A DNA stretch of 27,292 bases from the IMG/VR virus record IMGVR_UViG_3300005541_000285, one strand, 5' to 3'. Under the pieces are notes generated by a model that was not told the DNA's origin, searched no databases, and worked only from the letters and a program-made list of their open reading frames with translations. Shown here piece by piece: positions 25,196-27,292 of the stretch. A program made the translations under genes and the position numbers. Each line of letters starts with the position of its first letter. The first letter of the stretch is position 1. This DNA is from a virus (taxonomy: Duplodnaviria > Caudoviricetes).

Positions 25196-27292
25196 ATGGA
25201 CCCTCGAACCGACGTTACAAGCCATAGCGACTCCGCCCAGACGGCTACCGCCGCGAGCGAGAAACGCACGCTCTCGGCAATCCTGATTGGACCGGCGCGC
25301 GACGTCCGTGACCCGCACGTCTTTCACAGCCTCTCGCTGGTGGCCTTCCTGGCCTGGGTTGGGCTGGGCTCCGACGGACTAAGCTCGTCGTGCTACGGTC
25401 CGGAAGAAGCCTTTCTCGCGCTGGGGCCGCACAAGTATCTCGCGGTCTTTCTCGCGATGCTCACCGCGCTCACCGTCTTCATCATCTCAGCCTCCTACTC
25501 GCAAACCATCGACGAATTCCCCTCCGGCGGCGGTGGTTATCTGGTCGCAACCAAATTGCTGGGCCCGCGCGCCGGCCTCACCTCAGGCGCCGCTCTGGTA
25601 ATCGACTACGTCCTCACCATCTCGATTTCGATCGCGAGCGGGGCCGACGCCATCTTCAGCTTCCTGCCCGTCGGATGGCTCCCCTACAAATTTTGGATCT
25701 GCGTCTTCGTCGTCATCATTCTAATCGGGATGAATCTGCGCGGTGTCAAAGAGTCGGTCTTGATCCTGCTGCCGATTTTCATTGCTTTCGTGATTACGCA
25801 CGTCTGGCTGATAGCTTATGCGCTGATCGTTAAAGCTCCCGTGCTGCCACATGTCACTGCCGACGCGATGCATCAGGTGCGCGAAGGCATCCACGGCATC
25901 GGCTTCGTCGCCCTCGCGATCATCTTCCTGCGCGCCTACAGCCTCGGCGGCGGCACCTACACCGGTATCGAGGCGGTCAGCAACGGCCTGCCCATCCTGC
26001 GCGAGCCGCGCACCGTCACCGGCAAGCACACCATGATCTATATGTCGATCTCGCTGGCCTTCGTCGCTGGCGGGATCCTGTTTGGATATATGCTCTATGA
26101 TGTCGGCCCGGTGCACGGCGAGACCCTCAACGCTGTGCTCTTTGAGCGGATGGCCACGCATTGGCATCTCGGCCGCCTCGCGGTCGGCCGCCCGATCATC
26201 ACCTTCACGCTGCTCACCGAAGGCGCTCTGCTCTTCGTCGCCGCGCAGACCGGTTTCGTCGATGGTCCCCGCGTGCTCGCCACGATGGCGACTGATCGCT
26301 GGCTGCCGCGGCGTTTTTCCAACTTGAGCGCCCGGTTGGTGACGCAGGACGGCGTGCTCGCGATCGGCCTGGCGGCTGGCGTCATCCTGGTCGGCACCCA
26401 CGCCAACGTCGATCTGCTGGTGGTGCTCTACGCGATCAACGTCTTCGTCACCTTCACGCTCTCGCAGCTCGGGATGACGGTGCATTGGTGGACGGCGCGC
26501 AAGACCGAGCCGCACTGGATGCATAAAATTGCTATCAACGGCATTGGCTGCGCCTTCACCGGCCTCATTCTGATTCTCACCGTGACCCTCAAATTCAACC
26601 AGGGCGGGTGGGTTACGATCGTGATGACCGGCGGGCTGATCGCGGTCTGCTACGCCGTGCGGATGCACTATGACCGCGTGCGCAAGGCCATCGCCCAACT
26701 CGAAGCCGACATCCTGCCGGAAATCTTCGCCGCCGACGAAAAACCGCCCGCCGAGCGCGACCCCAACGCGCCCACCGCGGTCATCCTGGTTAATGGTTTC
26801 AACGGCCTTGGGCTCGCGACTTTGACGACGATTCAGCGGCTGTTCGGTGCGCAGTTCCGCAATGTCGTTTTTCTCGGCGTCGCAGAGGTTGACTCGTCGC
26901 AGCTCAAGGGACCAGAGGAGGTCAAGGACCTCGAGCAGCATCTCGCCGACGACTTGGTCGAGTATTGCCGCTTCGCCGCCGACCTCGGCTTCTATCCCGA
27001 ACTGCGCGCCGGCATTGGTCCTGACGTCGTGATCGAGCTCAACCGTCTCGCGCTTGGAGTTGCGCGCGAGTTCCCGCACTCGGTCTTTTTTGCCGGCAAA
27101 CTGGTCTTCACCGGCGAGCTCGACGGCTATATCAGCCGCTTCCTGCACAATCACACGGCGCTCGAATTGCAGAACCGCCTGCAGGCCAACGGCCTCAGCC
27201 TGGTCATCCTGCCGGTGCGCGTGATGGCCTCCCACCCCCCGCCCAAAGTCGCCCTCGCAACTCCCTCCCCCGCCCCCGCAATCAACGCCTAA
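25196..27292 (+). CDS. APC-superfamily permease (KimA/YdaO-like K+ or amino-acid transporter)
   Basis: GSDGLSSSCYGPEEAF, FPSGGGGYLVA, YTGIEAVSNG and LYAINVF..FTLSQLGM motifs. About 12 TM segments plus a soluble C-terminal domain. 3 nt after folD. Confidence 0.88.
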   Translation: MDPRTDVTSHSDSAQTATAASEKRTLSAILIGPARDVRDPHVFHSLSLVAFLAWVGLGSDGLSSSCYGPEEAFLALGPHKYLAVFLAMLTALTVFIISASYSQTIDEFPSGGGGYLVATKLLGPRAGLTSGAALVIDYVLTISISIASGADAIFSFLPVGWLPYKFWICVFVVIILIGMNLRGVKESVLILLPIFIAFVITHVWLIAYALIVKAPVLPHVTADAMHQVREGIHGIGFVALAIIFLRAYSLGGGTYTGIEAVSNGLPILREPRTVTGKHTMIYMSISLAFVAGGILFGYMLYDVGPVHGETLNAVLFERMATHWHLGRLAVGRPIITFTLLTEGALLFVAAQTGFVDGPRVLATMATDRWLPRRFSNLSARLVTQDGVLAIGLAAGVILVGTHANVDLLVVLYAINVFVTFTLSQLGMTVHWWTARKTEPHWMHKIAINGIGCAFTGLILILTVTLKFNQGGWVTIVMTGGLIAVCYAVRMHYDRVRKAIAQLEADILPEIFAADEKPPAERDPNAPTAVILVNGFNGLGLATLTTIQRLFGAQFRNVVFLGVAEVDSSQLKGPEEVKDLEQHLADDLVEYCRFAADLGFYPELRAGIGPDVVIELNRLALGVAREFPHSVFFAGKLVFTGELDGYISRFLHNHTALELQNRLQANGLSLVILPVRVMASHPPPKVALATPSPAPAINA

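Overview
About 24 kb of this window (1-24031) is a nearly all minus-strand, phage-derived cluster. It combines a Mu-like packaging and head module (gp25/26-like, TerS gp27, TerL gp28, portal gp29, protease I, gpT capsid, gp36, gp37), a P2-like contractile tail (sheath, tube, frameshifted E/E' chaperone, U, X, D, V, W, J, I, short fibres) and a lysis cassette (GH108 endolysin, i/o-spanins, holin candidates). The cluster directly abuts two host genes, folD and an APC/KimA-like permease. The Mu early region (ner, MuA, MuB, gam) is absent between the repressor and the late genes. Only a stand-alone DnaA domain-IV protein and a Mor/C activator remain, opposite a CI-like repressor whose autoprotease serine is replaced by Ala. 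Two identical 16-bp boxes with matching -10 spacing sit where Mu has Plys and PI. My best hypothesis is a domesticated, non-transposing Mu-derived particle system (GTA-like), but a decaying or helper-dependent prophage cannot be excluded from this window alone. All family calls are by eye from motifs and gene order, not from database searches.
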